Assembly: GCA_036267475.1 (NCBI GenBank)
Contig: DATAVZ010000098.1
Span: 4,974-68,973, forward strand
Source: Terracidiphilus sp.
Lineage (GTDB): Bacteria; Acidobacteriota; Terriglobia; Terriglobales; Acidobacteriaceae
Length of the DNA stretch: 64,000 nt
Reading direction: 5' to 3'
Both the position numbers and the translations under genes were made by a program. This document shows positions 1 through 8,947 of this stretch, piece by piece. The notes beneath the pieces are model-generated. The model was not told the DNA's origin. It did not search any database and saw only the letters and a list, made by a program, of their open reading frames with translations. Every line of letters starts with the position of its first letter. Within the stretch, counting starts at the first letter, position 1.

Positions 1-153
1 TCGCCCACGATGTTCCGTCCCGGAGGGACGCGCCGAGGATAGCCCAGGACAAGCGAAGCGCAGTCCTGGGAAGGCGGAATTGCAGGACAAGGCAGCCCCG
101 TAGGGGCGGCGCGAAACCATTGCGCAATTCGTCTCACGTTCATGCGATTGCCC
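1..153. repeat. Right part of a TIR-bounded dispersed repeat (subfamily A), cut by the window edge
   Basis: Shares the core GTCCCGGAGGGACG...TAGCCCAGG.CAA.CGAAGCGCAGTCCTGGGAA...AGGGGCGGCGCGAA and the end ATGCGATTGCCC with the copies at 2723-3039 and 17752-18067. Confidence 0.85.
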
Positions 154-176
154 GGCCCCCAGCCATTTTGAGCAGC

Positions 177-209
177 AAAACGGCCGCACCCCCGAGGAGT
201 GCGGCCGCT
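177..209 (-). terminator. Probable intrinsic terminator downstream of bamD
   Basis: CGGCCGCAC/GTGCGGCCG stem followed by a T run on the minus strand. Confidence 0.55.
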
Positions 210-269
210 GTTTTCAGAATCGCCTTCGCTTCTTAGAACCTGTCCAGAAATCATCCTTCTCAGAACCGT

Positions 270-338
270 TTTGAAAGGGCACGGCTTTAGCCGTGCCGTA
301 AAGAGCTGAAAATAGGTTGGGCTTTAGCCCCTGAGGGA
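270..338. repeat. REP-like double hairpin module
   Basis: TTTGAAAGGGCACGGCTTTAGCCGTGCCG...GGGCTTTAGCCCCTGAGGGA, near-identical at 18668-18737; a related module lies inside the 12026 and 60427 elements. Confidence 0.85.
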
Positions 339-387
339 CGATTTTTTGTCCACGTTCGACATCTCCTCAGAGTTCCTGGACAGGTTC

Positions 388-1890
388 TTAGAACGGGTTC
401 AGCTTATCCAGCCCCTTCTTCTTTTTCTTCTTGCTCGACGACTCGTCGCTCAGGTCGGCCTTGGGAGCCTTCTTCTTCTTCTTGCCGTTCGCAGCCTGAA
501 CCGGCTGCGTGGTCGGCACTTCGCCGGGCTTGATGTCGTTGATCTGCACCGGTGCCTCGGCCGGCTTGTCGACCGCGGGCAGCGCGGTATTCACCGGTCC
601 CACCGGCTTCACCAGCGCATTGGGATCGGCCGCCGGAGTGCCCCCTGGCGCACTCACAATCTCCGCACCCACCCCGGTTCCACCTGCCGGCGCGCCCAAC
701 TGCAGTGGCGCGTCGGAAGGCCGGTCGCTGGTCGGCGGCTCGTTGGGTCCGGTGGGCGTGGCCACTGTCACCGGAGCTACGGGCTTGCCCGCATTCTCGG
801 CTTCCCGGAACAGCGCCACATTTTCCTTGGTCACATCCGGCGCCAGCGTGCGCTGTGGGTCGGTCAGGGTTGGCTCGCCTACGTGCGCCGCCTCCACCAT
901 GGTGGGACCGCGCTTGATAATGTCCAGGGTGCGATCGGTAAAGTGCAGCGGCTGCCGGCTCCGCTCCTCGGCGTCGTTTTCGGCAATTGCCGTCTGGGTC
1001 GGTTCGGGTACCGCGCGATTCATCGCCACCAGCCGGTCGCGTGCATCTTCCACGTGCGGCGCCATCGGATACCGCGTAATCACCTTGGCGTAAGCCGCCG
1101 CGGCCTTATCTTCGTAAACCGCCGCCAGCCGCTCCCGCACCGCTCCCGGCAGCCCGGTGGCAAGCTGAATGCCATGCGCCTGGCCCGCGTACGCGTCGCC
1201 AATGGCGATCAGCACCTGGTCGCTCTTGGAGTAGAGAGGATAGGTATCGGCCACCGTGTCCAGCCGGGCGATCGCCGCGTTGTAGTTTTCCCGGCTCTCG
1301 TAATAAAAGCCGATATCGGCCTCGCGCTCGGCCAGCACTTCCTGCACATCGCGCAGTTTCTGCTTGGCCTGCGGAACCAGCGTCGAGTCCGGGAACATGT
1401 TGATCATCTTGCGATACTGTTCCTCGGCCGCCTGCGCATTGGTAAAGTCGCGGTCAGGCTTCTCCATCTGCTGGTAGTAGATGTTGGCCACCTTCATCTG
1501 CGCTTCTGCCGCCTCGGGCGTGTTCGGGAAGAAGGTGATGAAGTCCTGGTATTCGGCTTCGGCCTGGGTCAGCGCCGCCGACCCGCCCTCCTTGTACCAC
1601 GTGTCGCCCACCGACAGCTTGGCGCGCATCCGGTACTCTGACTCCGGATAGGTGTTCAGAAGCGTCTGCAGATCCAGCCGCGCCACGTCGTAGCGGCCCT
1701 TCTTCAGCGCCACCATGGCCTTGTCGTAAAGCTCCTTGTCGGGCTGTTTCGACTGCACTTTGGCAAGCGGATTGGCGCTCAGGTCGAAAGTCTTCTTCTG
1801 CTTCTTCCTTCTCGCTGCGTGCCCTGTGGCGCTCGTCGCCATCAGCGCGGCCATCGCCGCGACGGCTGCTATTTTTGAAAACCGGTTCAT
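388..1890 (-). CDS. bamD: Outer membrane protein assembly factor BamD (TPR) with a long Pro/Lys-rich C-terminal tail
   Basis: Signal peptide, then TPR motifs (LYDKAM..KKGRYDVARLDLQTLLNTYPESEY, FITFFPNTPEAAEAQMKVANIYYQQMEKPDRD). Confidence 0.85.
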   Translation of the reverse strand: MNRFSKIAAVAAMAALMATSATGHAARRKKQKKTFDLSANPLAKVQSKQPDKELYDKAMVALKKGRYDVARLDLQTLLNTYPESEYRMRAKLSVGDTWYKEGGSAALTQAEAEYQDFITFFPNTPEAAEAQMKVANIYYQQMEKPDRDFTNAQAAEEQYRKMINMFPDSTLVPQAKQKLRDVQEVLAEREADIGFYYESRENYNAAIARLDTVADTYPLYSKSDQVLIAIGDAYAGQAHGIQLATGLPGAVRERLAAVYEDKAAAAYAKVITRYPMAPHVEDARDRLVAMNRAVPEPTQTAIAENDAEERSRQPLHFTDRTLDIIKRGPTMVEAAHVGEPTLTDPQRTLAPDVTKENVALFREAENAGKPVAPVTVATPTGPNEPPTSDRPSDAPLQLGAPAGGTGVGAEIVSAPGGTPAADPNALVKPVGPVNTALPAVDKPAEAPVQINDIKPGEVPTTQPVQAANGKKKKKAPKADLSDESSSKKKKKKGLDKLNPF

Positions 1891-1963
1891 ACCACCTCAT
1901 TGAAGCCGCGGTCCCGTGCACAGGTCCGCCCGCTCTTTGTTTGCCTGCCGAGAATCTTACCTG

Positions 1964-2644
1964 TCAGAGGGCCGTTTTGGCACTCTCTGCCGCGCGGGCC
2001 ATCTCCAGCAGTTCCCGCGCGTCGCGTTCCGCCTGCCCGGCGCCAAAAACGGCGTTCCCGGCCACCAGCAGTTCCGCTCCAGCTTGGACGACGCGGGCAA
2101 TCGTGTCGTGAGCCACGCCGCCATCCACTTCGATTCTAAATCCCAGCCCCAGCTCGTCGCGCATCCCCGCCAGCCGCCGGATTTTACCCAGTGAAAAGGG
2201 GATAAACTCCTGCCCTCCGAACCCCGGATTCACGCTCATGATCAGCACATGATGCAGCATCGGAAGGACTTCCTCGATCGCCTCCACCCGCGTGGCCGGA
2301 TTCAGCACCACCCCCGGCTTCATCCCGTGCTGCAGAATCAGCTCCAGCGTCCGGTGCAGGTGCGGGCACGCCTCGTAATGCACACTCACCCAGTTGGCCC
2401 CCGCCTCGGCAAAGGCCGGAATGTAGTCGTTGGGGTTCTCGATCATCAGGTGGCAGTCCAGCGGCAGCCGGGTAACCTTGCGCAGACTCTTCACCACCGG
2501 CGGTCCCAGCGTGATGTTGGGCACAAAATGCCCGTCCATCACGTCCACATGGATCACCGTTCCGCCGCCGCGCTCGGCCGCGGCTACTTCGTCGGCAAGA
2601 TGCGCAAAATCCGCGGAAAGGATCGACGGAACCAGCTCAACCAT
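1964..2644 (-). CDS. rpe: Ribulose-phosphate 3-epimerase
   Basis: PSILSADF, HVDVMDGHFVPNITLG, DCHLM, MSVNPGFGGQ and VDGG motifs; start moved to MVELV. Confidence 0.97.
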   Translation of the reverse strand: MVELVPSILSADFAHLADEVAAAERGGGTVIHVDVMDGHFVPNITLGPPVVKSLRKVTRLPLDCHLMIENPNDYIPAFAEAGANWVSVHYEACPHLHRTLELILQHGMKPGVVLNPATRVEAIEEVLPMLHHVLIMSVNPGFGGQEFIPFSLGKIRRLAGMRDELGLGFRIEVDGGVAHDTIARVVQAGAELLVAGNAVFGAGQAERDARELLEMARAAESAKTAL

Positions 2645-2722
2645 AGGCCTTTGCAAACCACTACCCACACGCCCAGTGTATCAGGCGGCGCAGTTGGAAA
2701 CACGCCCCAGCCAGCCCACTTA

Positions 2723-3039
2723 CAGGGCAATTGCATGAACGCCTTTTGCTGGCGAGTCAGGGTGGGCGAGTCAGGTCTGGCAAGTCAGGCTTGGCAAGTC
2801 AGGTTCTGTCCGGGCGTATCAAGCAATGCCACGGCAAGTGCCGCCGTCGATTTCGTCGAGCGCCACGGCAAGTGCCACGGTGAGCGCCGTGGCCGTTTTC
2901 GTCCCGGAGGGACGGATCGATACTAGCCCAGGCCAAACGAAGCGCAGTCCTGGGAACGCGAAATCGCAGAGCAAACCCGCCCCAGAGGGGCGGCGCGAAC
3001 CCATTGCACAGTTCTTCCCACGTTCATGCGATTGCCCTG
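2723..3039. repeat. TIR-bounded dispersed repeat (MITE/BIME-like), subfamily A
   Basis: 19 bp terminal inverted repeats CAGGGCAATTGCATGAACG / CGTTCATGCGATTGCCCTG (1 mismatch); internal GGCRAGTCAGG and TGCCACGG tandem units plus the shared hairpin core. Confidence 0.85.
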
Positions 3040-3194
3040 CAGCCCGTTGGCAATCGGCCGCAGCCTCACTCGCCCCGCCCCCTCGCTTGACAGCGCCGCG
3101 CCGCGCCGATAGTTTGTTGTTCGTATTAAAGCTCCCGGTTCTGGCCCGCTGAGATAGCATGGGAATCGTTTGCACAATCCTTTCTGGAGTTCGA

Positions 3195-4367
3195 ATGAAA
3201 ATCAGTAAATTTGCCCTGCTCGCAGGCCGCGTCTGCGGCGTTCCTGCCCTCGCCATCGCCGGCGCGCTCTCACTTGCCGCGCCGCTCGCCGCGCAGGCAA
3301 AGCCCAAGATTGCGCCGCCGGGAGACACCCTGCCCACCGCCGGCCCGCTGGCGCACCTTTCGCCCAAACTCTCGCGCCGCGACCTGTCCAAAGCCATGAA
3401 GCTGGTGGCCGACTGGCAACTCAGCCGCCTGCCTGCCGAGCCGCAATATGACTGGACCTGGGCCGCGCTCTACGCCGGCTTCATGGGCGTACCGCACAAG
3501 GTGGCCGGCAACAAGTACCAGAACGCCATGCTCAAGGTGAGCAGCGAGCTCAACTGGCAGCCAGGCCCGCGCGTCATGATGGCCGACGACCAGGCCATCG
3601 GCCAGACCTACCTCGAGCTCTACATGATCCACAAAGATCCCAAAATGATGGGCCCCATGAAGGCTCGGCTCGACGAAGAGATCGCCACGCCCGACCCCAC
3701 CAATCCCAAACGGCCGCTCTGGTGGTGGTGCGACGCCCTGTTCATGGCTCCGCCGGTCTATGCGGACATGGGCAAGATCACCGGCGACGACAAGTATGTC
3801 AAGTTCATGGATCACGAGTGGGACATCACCACCAACCTGCTCTACGACCACGACAAGCATCTCTACTTCCGCGATGCCTCCTATCTTGAAAAGAAGGAAA
3901 AGAACGGCGAGCCGCTGTTCTGGTCGCGTGGCAACGGATGGGTAATGGGCGGCACGGTGCGGGTGCTGAAGATGCTGCCCGCCGACTCGCCGCTGCGGCC
4001 GAAATATGTGGCCCTGCTCAAGGACATGGCCGCGGAGATGCTGTCGATCCAGGGCAGCGACGGCCTGTGGCGGCCCGGCCTGCTTGACGCCGACGCCTAT
4101 CCGCTGCCCGAAATCTCCGGCAGCGCGTTCATTACGTATGCGCTCGCCTATGGAGTGAACGAGGGAATTCTGGACAAAGCCACCTACGAGCCCGCGGTGC
4201 AGAAAGCATGGGCCGGAATGTTGACCCACGTCTACGCCGACGGACGCCTGGGCAGCATTCAGCCAGTGGGCGCAGCTCCCGGAGCCTTCACCGAAACCAC
4301 CAGCTACGTCTACGGCGTCGGCGCCTACCTGCTGGCCGGCTCAGAAATCTACCGCACCGCAAAGTAG
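3195..4367 (+). CDS. Exported glycoside hydrolase, GH105/GH88 family (unsaturated glycuronyl hydrolase, YteR-like)
   Basis: Signal peptide; WWWCDALFMAPP, FWSRGNGW, QGSDGLW and EISGSAFITYAL motifs. Confidence 0.9.
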   Translation: MKISKFALLAGRVCGVPALAIAGALSLAAPLAAQAKPKIAPPGDTLPTAGPLAHLSPKLSRRDLSKAMKLVADWQLSRLPAEPQYDWTWAALYAGFMGVPHKVAGNKYQNAMLKVSSELNWQPGPRVMMADDQAIGQTYLELYMIHKDPKMMGPMKARLDEEIATPDPTNPKRPLWWWCDALFMAPPVYADMGKITGDDKYVKFMDHEWDITTNLLYDHDKHLYFRDASYLEKKEKNGEPLFWSRGNGWVMGGTVRVLKMLPADSPLRPKYVALLKDMAAEMLSIQGSDGLWRPGLLDADAYPLPEISGSAFITYALAYGVNEGILDKATYEPAVQKAWAGMLTHVYADGRLGSIQPVGAAPGAFTETTSYVYGVGAYLLAGSEIYRTAK

Positions 4368-4428
4368 CCTAACCGATCGTCGAGTCAGGCGGCAGGTGGC
4401 CCGGTCATAAAATAACAAGCAACGCTGT

Positions 4429-4700
4429 GTGCCCCATCCATCCACAGTTTTATCGTGGATGGTTGGGAGACCGCGAACCTGAACCCGTCGTGTTCAGAAC
4501 TGGCTTACGATAGGACCATGCAGTCCGGTCTGAAGCGGTTCCACAGGACAGAATCCCTTCACTTCGTCACGTTCAGTTGGCGGGTGTGGACCAGCTCTCA
4601 GGGAATTAAATCCACCACGAAAATGGGTGGCCCAGGTCTTAGGGCGTTAAAATCCACCACGAAAATGGGTGCCCCTGGGTCTCGCTTTTGAGACCCGGGA
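4429..4700. repeat. Cluster of REP-like hairpins and a 22 bp direct repeat around a transposase stub
   Basis: GTGCCCCATCC...GGATGGTTGGGA hairpin (related copy at 21437-21480); AAATCCACCACGAAAATGGGTG at 4608 and 4650; GGGTCTCGCTTTTGAGACCC hairpin. Confidence 0.7.
4518..4580 (+). pseudogene. N-terminal stub of an IS200/RAYT-type (Y1 HUH) transposase
   Basis: MQSGLKRFHRTESLHFVTFS resembles the start of REP-associated tyrosine transposases (..GLKR......LHF.TFSC); similarity stops after about 21 codons. Confidence 0.6.
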
Positions 4701-5060
4701 AAGCACGAATCCATTCCATCCTGCATTTGCTTTGCACAAAATTTCCGTACCCAGGCTCACAATGGAATCGAGACGACTCAACTCTCCGGCCCAGCGCCAA
4801 AGAACGCACCCCCCCCATACCCCCCCGGTTTTGGAGCGAAAATGCCCATCCCGCGAACCAATTACAACCACCAACCAACTGCAAAATCAACAACTTACAG
4901 CATGAACCCTTCGCGATCTCACGGCTTCACCACACTGCAATACCCTGCAAAAACCATACAAATCCCTGCATCTACCCATATCTCACACTCAGTCGTGGTC
5001 AGGTGTCAGGGAATTAAAAATGCAGCACGAATCCTTACTTCCCCTCGCTACTTCCCCTCG

Positions 5061-6020
5061 CTACTTCCCCTCGCTGCGCACAATCTCTGAAGCTCCGTTC
5101 AAAAATCCCGGGTCCATCTCGGCAATATCCACCCGGTAGCTGACCGTCTTCGCGGTAGGAAAATCCGCCGGTACTTTCTGCGTGACTTTGCCCGTGGCCG
5201 CCCACTCGGTTCCGCGCTGGTAGATGGTCATAAAGCCCACGCCGCTCAGCGCAAAAACATCGTGGCCCATGGGAGTGTGAAAGATGCGGCCCTTGCCGTA
5301 GTGCAGCACCATGATCATGGGCTCGTCGCGGCCGGTGCCACGGTTTTTGGAGTCGGAGTGCGCCGTGGCCAGCACCGTCATGTTCTTGCCCGGCCCGCGC
5401 AGCGCGCCGTAGAGCTCGTCGTTGACGTGCATCCACACCGGCGGCAGGCCCTTCATGATCGGGTTGCCGGCATCCCGCATCGTCACCTGAAAGGGAAGGC
5501 GCGCGCCGTGCTCGCCGGCCGAACCGGGCGTGGTGTCGCCCACCATCTTTCCGTCCTGCCAGTACCAGTGCGGCCCGGCATTCTCGTTGCGTTTGCGCCA
5601 GCCGCCCACGCCGATCATCTCGTTGAAGGCCGGCCAGCCGGGGAAGGCGTTGTCGGCCGCGTGTATAACCACCAGGCCGCCGCCATCGCGCACATACTTT
5701 TCAAACTGCGCGCGCAAATCGGCGGGCCAGTCGGGCGCGTCGTAGTTCATCACAATAGCCTTGTAGCGGCTGAACTCGGGCTTGAAGTTTGAAAAGTCGC
5801 CGTCCGAGGGCGGAGCGGTGATCACCGTCACGTCGAACAGGCCGGTCTCTTCAAGCTCCCTTTTAAGCACCTGCGTGGTCAGCCGCCAGTTGTGGTAAGC
5901 GCCGCCGCTGGCGCCGTCCAGAATGGCCACGCGAATATGCCTGGCTTCAGCATGCGCCAGGGTAGCCAGAAAAAGTCCGCACAAAAAAATTGCCGCCAGC
6001 CGTCTCGTCAATCGATTCAT
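5061..6020 (-). CDS. Exported ThuA-domain (class I glutamine amidotransferase-like) protein
   Basis: Signal peptide; H.W, YVRDGGGLVVIHAA, WMHVNDELY, YGKGRIFHTPMGHD and RGTEWAATG motifs. Confidence 0.85.
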   Translation of the reverse strand: MNRLTRRLAAIFLCGLFLATLAHAEARHIRVAILDGASGGAYHNWRLTTQVLKRELEETGLFDVTVITAPPSDGDFSNFKPEFSRYKAIVMNYDAPDWPADLRAQFEKYVRDGGGLVVIHAADNAFPGWPAFNEMIGVGGWRKRNENAGPHWYWQDGKMVGDTTPGSAGEHGARLPFQVTMRDAGNPIMKGLPPVWMHVNDELYGALRGPGKNMTVLATAHSDSKNRGTGRDEPMIMVLHYGKGRIFHTPMGHDVFALSGVGFMTIYQRGTEWAATGKVTQKVPADFPTAKTVSYRVDIAEMDPGFLNGASEIVRSEGK

Positions 6021-6285
6021 TCGTTATCCCCGTCGCGCGCTGAGAAAATCCCGCGAAGAGGAAGAATACTCCAGCCGCGCGGGTTCGGCGCGCCGCTGCG
6101 CGAGGTCGAGAAATGGTGGAAGGCCGCGGCTTCAACCACGGACAGTGCCCGGCTGATTCCCGCGGAGCGCGCAACTCCGCCAGCCAGTGAAAATGTCTGG
6201 CGGCGCTGGATCCAACCGAAGCTGGATCCAACTGAAGCTGGAAAAGGCTGCTTGAGGCGGGGTTATTTCGAACTCTTGCTGCGTC

Positions 6286-6360
6286 TGGAGCGGGAGACGG
6301 GGATCGAACCCGCAACCAACGGCTTGGGAAGCCGCTACTCTACCATTGAGCTACTCCCGC
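6286..6360 (-). tRNA. tRNA-Gly(CCC)
   Basis: Reverse complement GCGGGAGTAGCTCAATGGTAGAG...GGCTTCCCAAGCC...GGTTCGATCCCCGTCTCCCGCTCCA; TATAAT 10 nt upstream. Confidence 0.96.
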
Positions 6361-6656
6361 TTCGACCCTAATTATACTGCGGAATCAATGCCCTTCGACC
6401 CACGCCCGAGCAATCGGCCCAGCAGGTAGCAGTTCGACCTATCCACTTTTTCAGTCAGACACCGGTTGCCCAGAACGAGCGTTATCCAGAACGAGGCGCA
6501 TCAGGCCACCGCAGCCTCGGCCGTGGCAAACCAGTCTGCCTGTGACGAACAGGATGAATGTGCGCGCCCGGTTTCCAGATTGCGGTCAACGGCTGGACGG
6601 GTGGTGCGTCTATATGGATAAGGTGTATGGATATAGGTGTGCGCACCGGATACGCT

Positions 6657-7826
6657 ATGAAAACCTCCCTCTTTTCCGCTCTTGCGGCCACCGCTCTCGT
6701 TGCGCTTGGACAGTGCGGGCTGTGCGCGGCCCAAACGGTCCCGGCGCATGGTCCCAGCGCCGACCAGCCCGCAGCCACACTCAAGGTGCAGGCGCGCGAG
6801 GTGCTGCTGCCGGTAACCGTGCGCGACAAGCACGGCGCGCTAATGACCAACCTGACCGCCGGCGACTTTACGCTGACAGAAGACAACCGGCCGCAGGTGA
6901 TCAAGAGCTTTTCGCGCGAAAGCAACCTGCCGTTTCTGCTGGGGCTGATGGTAGACACCAGCCGCAGCGTGCAATCGGCCATGGACAGCGAGCGCAAGGC
7001 GGCGGAGAAGTTCACAGACTCGATGCTGCCCGCCGATCCCAAAGACGCCAAGGCCGGCGATCAGGCGTTTTTGCTTCACTTTGACCGCGAGGTGGAGCTG
7101 CTTGAGGACTTTACCAACTCGCGCGCCAAGCTGGACCGCGAATTAGAGCAGATGGGGTCGACCGCCGGGGAACATAACAGTCCGCAGGGACCGGAGTCGA
7201 GCGGCGACAACGGCACCTACGGACAGCACGGCGGCGCGCGCGGCGGAACCCAGCTCTACGACGCGATCTACCTGGCCGCGGACGAGCTGATGAAGCCAAA
7301 GACGGGACGCAAGGCGCTCATCATCTTTTCCGACGGTGTAGACCGCGGCAGCCGCGAGACGCTCAATGAGGCGCTGGACGCCGCCGACCACGCGAACGTT
7401 TCAATCTATACCATCTACTTCAGGGGCGAGGGCGAGCGCGACCAGAATGGATTTCCGGGCGGTGGCCGTCATGGCGGTATGGGCGGCGGCATGGGCGGCG
7501 GATTTCCGGGCGGCGGTGGCGGATGGCCCGGTGGTGGCGGCGGACATCGACGCCAGGAAGAAACCGGCGTGGACGGCAAAAAGATCATGGCGCAGATCGC
7601 CACACGCACCGGCGGCCGCTACTTTGAGGCGAAGAAGAAAGAGAATCTCGACGACATCTACAACCAGATTGCCGAAGAGCTTCGCGGTCAGTACCTGCTG
7701 AGCTACACACCACAACCGGCAGACAACGACGGCGGCTATCACAAGATCGCGCTCAAGGCCAACAAGGACGACCTGATCGTGATCACGCGCGAAGGCTATT
7801 ATGCGCCCGGCGGAGATTCGCAGTGA
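6657..7826 (+). CDS. Exported VWA domain protein (Acidobacteria VWFA-related family)
   Basis: TLKVQAREVLLPVTVRDKHG, MIDAS DTSRS, GGTQLYDA, RKALIIFSDGVD, TGGRYF, ELRGQYLLSYTP; Gly-rich insert. Confidence 0.88.
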   Translation: MKTSLFSALAATALVALGQCGLCAAQTVPAHGPSADQPAATLKVQAREVLLPVTVRDKHGALMTNLTAGDFTLTEDNRPQVIKSFSRESNLPFLLGLMVDTSRSVQSAMDSERKAAEKFTDSMLPADPKDAKAGDQAFLLHFDREVELLEDFTNSRAKLDRELEQMGSTAGEHNSPQGPESSGDNGTYGQHGGARGGTQLYDAIYLAADELMKPKTGRKALIIFSDGVDRGSRETLNEALDAADHANVSIYTIYFRGEGERDQNGFPGGGRHGGMGGGMGGGFPGGGGGWPGGGGGHRRQEETGVDGKKIMAQIATRTGGRYFEAKKKENLDDIYNQIAEELRGQYLLSYTPQPADNDGGYHKIALKANKDDLIVITREGYYAPGGDSQ

Positions 7827-7853
7827 GCTCCTCTCCGCACTTGCCGTGCCGCG

Positions 7854-8699
7854 CTATTCCGTGAAGGCGCGAACCAGGTACGTCTCTTCCGGGGCCGGAG
7901 CCTCTTCCCGCGTAATCACTTCGAACCCGCGTAGCGTCGCCTCGCCGAAGGACGTGGTAATAGCCACATCCGAGGCGTCACGCCCCACCGCCATGAGCAC
8001 CCGGCCCACCTGCGGCGTGTTGTGGCGCGCGTCGAAGGTCCACCAGCGGCCGTCGAGAAAAGCCTCGAACCACGCGCTGAAATCCATGGGACCGCGCGAG
8101 GGAATGCCGATGTCGCCCAGATAGCCGGTAGCGTAGCGCGCCGGAATATTCAGCGCGCGGCAGAAGGTGATGGCCAGGTGCTGAAAGTCGCGGCACACCC
8201 CGGTACGCTCGGTAAACACGTCCAGCGCGGTCTTGGTGGGGCGGGCTTTCTGATAGTCGAAGACCACCGAGTTATGCACCCATTTGCAGACCGCCTCCAC
8301 CCGGCCCCAGCCAGGAGGGATCGCGCCAAAAAGCTCGGTGGCGATTGTCACGAAGCGATCCACCTCGCAGTAGCGGCTGCTGAGCAGATATTGAAGTACC
8401 GAGTGCGGCAGCGCTCCCACCGGCGTCTGATGCGCGGCCTCGTTGGCTTCGTCCGGCCAGCCGGAGTCGCGGATCAGCGCAGAGCTGCTCAACCGCAGCG
8501 GGCCTGCTGGCGCCACAAAGCGTGTACAGCGGTTGCCGAAGCCATCCTCGTATGTGTCCATCTTGATCTTTGGCTCAACAACTGCTTCTTCCGACTCAAC
8601 CAGGTCCCACTCGCGGGTGGGATGCACGCTGATCATGGCGATCATGGCGGCTTCCGCCGGGAGATCGAATTGAATGTCAAAACCGATTCTTATCAACAT
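7854..8699 (-). CDS. Transglutaminase-like family protein
   Basis: YLLSSRYCE, GVCRDFQHLAITFCRALNIPARYATGYLGD, DFSAWFE and FDARHN motifs. Confidence 0.9.
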   Translation of the reverse strand: MLIRIGFDIQFDLPAEAAMIAMISVHPTREWDLVESEEAVVEPKIKMDTYEDGFGNRCTRFVAPAGPLRLSSSALIRDSGWPDEANEAAHQTPVGALPHSVLQYLLSSRYCEVDRFVTIATELFGAIPPGWGRVEAVCKWVHNSVVFDYQKARPTKTALDVFTERTGVCRDFQHLAITFCRALNIPARYATGYLGDIGIPSRGPMDFSAWFEAFLDGRWWTFDARHNTPQVGRVLMAVGRDASDVAITTSFGEATLRGFEVITREEAPAPEETYLVRAFTE

Positions 8700-8892
8700 A
8701 AAAAGTCCTTGTGCCTCCTGCATCGCTGCTGCGCGGCCCAAGCGTTTACCTTATTGAAGTTTACCCAAATGAAGGCGAGCAAGCCTATCGAATAAGATGC
8801 GGCCCAAACGGTGATCGCAGGCGCGCAGACCAGTAAATTCGCGGATTTTAAGAGGGACAGAATCGCTTGTTGATGAGAAAACAGGGTTGTGC

Positions 8893-8929
8893 AGAAAAAG
8901 GGCGCAGCCGGAGGCTGCGCCCTTTTTCT
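8893..8929. terminator. Intrinsic (bidirectional-type) terminator after ppdK
   Basis: 17 bp perfect inverted repeat AGAAAAAGGGCGCAGCC-GGA-GGCTGCGCCCTTTTTCT. Confidence 0.8.
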
Positions 8930-8947
8930 TATGTTCTTCAGTCGATG

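Noticed and set aside
346-1641. 431 aa + strand ORF, and similar long shadows at 3270-4229, 13048-14187, 16512-17666, 38907-40061, 42087-42995 and 61769-63310
   Set aside because: Each lies antisense to a well-supported gene and has Arg/Gly/His-rich non-protein-like composition
5036-5074. Three copies of TACTTCCCCTCGC over the ThuA stop codon
   Set aside because: Simple slippage duplication of the gene end; the first stop is unchanged, so no coding effect
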